Below are positions 61,642-64,000 of a stretch of DNA of 64,000 nucleotides, piece after piece. The first letter of the stretch is position 1; each line of letters starts with the position of its first letter. The DNA is from Marsupella aquatica (lineage: Eukaryota > Plantae > Marchantiophyta): the NCBI GenBank assembly GCA_973895155.1, contig OZ316896.1, positions 17,410,754 to 17,474,753 on the forward strand, read 5' to 3'. The position numbers and the translations under genes are program-made. The notes below the pieces were generated by a model that searched no databases, was not told the origin of the DNA, and saw only the letters and a list, made by a program, of their open reading frames with translations.

Positions 61642-64000
61642 TCCCCCCCCCCCCATCACCACTGCCTTTCTGGCATTGTTTTCCTTGCTGCATGCGAATA
61701 ATTTATGCCCTTGTGTCTCCTTTTGTCAATGCCAAAAGAAAGAAAGCACATTAAAAGGTGCATAGCTCATGTAATAATGACATATTAAACTGAATTGATA
61801 GAATGATGCAAGGGAAAAGACATTCACTTGACACTAATGACAGCCATTTCAGTGGTCTTTTCCGTACTGAACTGTAGTAGTCTCCGTTGACGCACTGTCG
61901 GTCCTGTACTCCATGACGTGGCTATATATTGACCTGAGGCACCCTTATCATTCTGTCCTTGCTACAATTCTATGGACCACTTTTTCTCTTGGCTCCTATC
62001 TAAGGCTTGTAATAATTACATATTAAACACAACCAATATGGTATAATTTGCAATTGTTGCCTTCATGTCCTACTTTCTTTGGCAAGAGAAACTATTATGT
62101 ATATAATGTGTAGAATATGCTTGTGAATAGAGGCATTTGAAGTTTGGGTGCAGGGGGCCCATCCTGTGTGTATATGCATGGAGATTTGAGAGGCTACTTT
62201 ACTTAAGAGGGCTAAAACAAATTACAATGGAATAAAAGCAACATTAAAAGGTCCAGAGTAGACAAACACAGAACTCAAATATAAGGAGGGAAAATGCAAA
62301 CCCAAAGATCTATAACTGCAATATTGTATATATTGGGTGATGATTTAAGAGTCCCTATCTATGGTCATAACTAAGTCTACAAGTGGGACATGATAAGGGC
62401 ATGGATATGGTCCTGTAAGGGGCCCAAGCCTTTCTTTAGGTACCTTGGTAAGTACTACTCATTGTTAGAGATTTTTAAAAGATAGATATCTCGGGCTTTG
62501 AGCACACTCTAGCATCACCAAAGTCTGCTGACAGAAGCCCGTCGTCAAAAACAGATAGTGATGGGCCTCTGGAACCGGCCCAAGCTTAAATGTCTTGACT
62601 AGAGCTGCCTCTTGGAAGAGCCCATCAAACGATTACAAAGTAAGGGTGGTTTTGAAAAGAATTGAGACAACTTGTGTTTCCCAACCTTTATTGGATTTTT
62701 GGCTGAGTGTGGTATCCTGTCTTCCAGTATCTATTTGTGTTTTTCGGCAGTGATGTGTATCTTCTTTACTTCGTTATTTTGCTTAGATAGATTAGAGCAA
62801 CCCAAAATCGAGAAGCATAATTCGAAACCCGTGGCGAAGCGGTCAAGGTTTGCATTGACATCAGATGGGACCTTGATTGATGTCCATTATATTTTGTTTC
62901 TCAATCAATGACTGCTCCTCGCGGATCTGACTCAAGTAGTGCCCATGGACATCGATCATTTCGCCCACTCTCGGGATTTCACGAAGAAGATTTGATGCTG
63001 GCTGGATGCTGAAAACATTATCTAATTCAGACGGTCTCGCACTCGAGTCTATATCATGGATTCATAATCCACTGTAGCCGGAAAAGCTGGGTTCTGGTAC
63101 CAGCCATTTGGGAGTGAGGGAGGTAGCTAGCTAGCAGGTACTTGACTATTGTAGTCACTACGGTAGTCAGCGTCAAAGCTGACAAGTTTTTTTAACTGCT
63201 ACAAGCTTAAATGTGACGGAGATGATGATCTTGCACGTAACTGAGAAGATCGGGTTGTGTGCTTCAGTTGGGTGAAATGTGAGCGAGGTACCATGGATGC
63301 CGTAGCGGGCATCGACTCTGCAATCAAGTGGTCGTGGACTGTGAATAATATGGGTCGTACTTCACTGCAATTACTTAAGGCCAGGGAGCGAATGCAATAT
63401 GTTGTACTCAAACAGCTACCGTAGCAATGTGGCTGGGCTGGGGCACGTGTAGGCCCCGCCCAGCCTGTCATCAACCACACCCTAGGACCCCACAATACCA
63501 GCAAGCTCTGGGCCTCTCTGCTTCGCTCGATCAGGGAAAAGTCTGAGGAGCTCAGGCTGCCTGAACACCAAATTGCTAGCCACTGAGCTACTCGTGTAGC
63601 ATATGCATAATTTCTGTGTACTGCGAGGAGACATTCTACAATAACAACTTCTTGTTGCATGGGGCTTAGCTAGGATTAGCTCAAGACACTGACCTCTGCT
63701 GCTTTTGCTCTGGGCTGGTTGTTCTTAGAGCCGCATTAGCTAGATGGAATTGGATTTAGCACGGTGACTCTTAATTTTTACACCTCAAACCTATCCTAAA
63801 CTTAAATAATCTTATTCTCTGGTGCTTCCAAGCGATGTTACACAGGCTTTCTTAGAAATTCGTCAGAAGTGATGCCGGTGAGTGAGTGCACGGCAACCAG
63901 TGTGGTTTCAAGTTTGGAATGGACTGACAGCATTGCCGTACATGGAGAGTACGACTGGACTGGCGCTCTACATTTTTGCAGCTCGATCAGTGATGAAGCT

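Noticed and set aside
63199-63660. 153-aa minus-strand ORF
   Set aside because: No recognisable homology or coding-like composition.
55200-64000. Conserved plant miRNA (miR156/529, 160, 166, 171, 319, 390, 408) or TAS3 locus
   Set aside because: A by-eye scan found no match to the mature sequences as I recall them. This is not exhaustive.

Overview
Eukaryotic nuclear DNA from a land plant. The short GT-AG introns and gene models suggest a bryophyte or liverwort, but this is inference. Five intron-containing genes were rebuilt by hand from splice sites and frame continuity: (1) a stand-alone ferric-reductase/NOX-like membrane oxidoreductase ending GPIWDS (+, ~6.4-8.6 kb) with two candidate alternative first exons; (2) ARP2 (-, 15 exons, 390 aa); (3) a serine incorporator (SERINC/TMS) (+, 6 exons, 425 aa); (4) a short-form TM-type tRNase Z (+, 8 exons, 296 aa); (5) a RecQ4/BLM-type helicase (+, ~26 exons, one GC-AG intron). 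The intergenic DNA holds TE debris (TA-flanked MITE, tRNA-derived SINE head, foldback element, Helitron ends, CRE-like non-LTR remnant with a nested insert) and many local tandem duplications. The most unusual structure is a 34.7-36.4 kb tandem array whose repeat unit is a complete exon+intron cassette, bracketed by inverted copies of a decayed ORF. No rRNA, genuine tRNA or CRISPR array was seen, and no convincing protein gene was found after ~50.6 kb.
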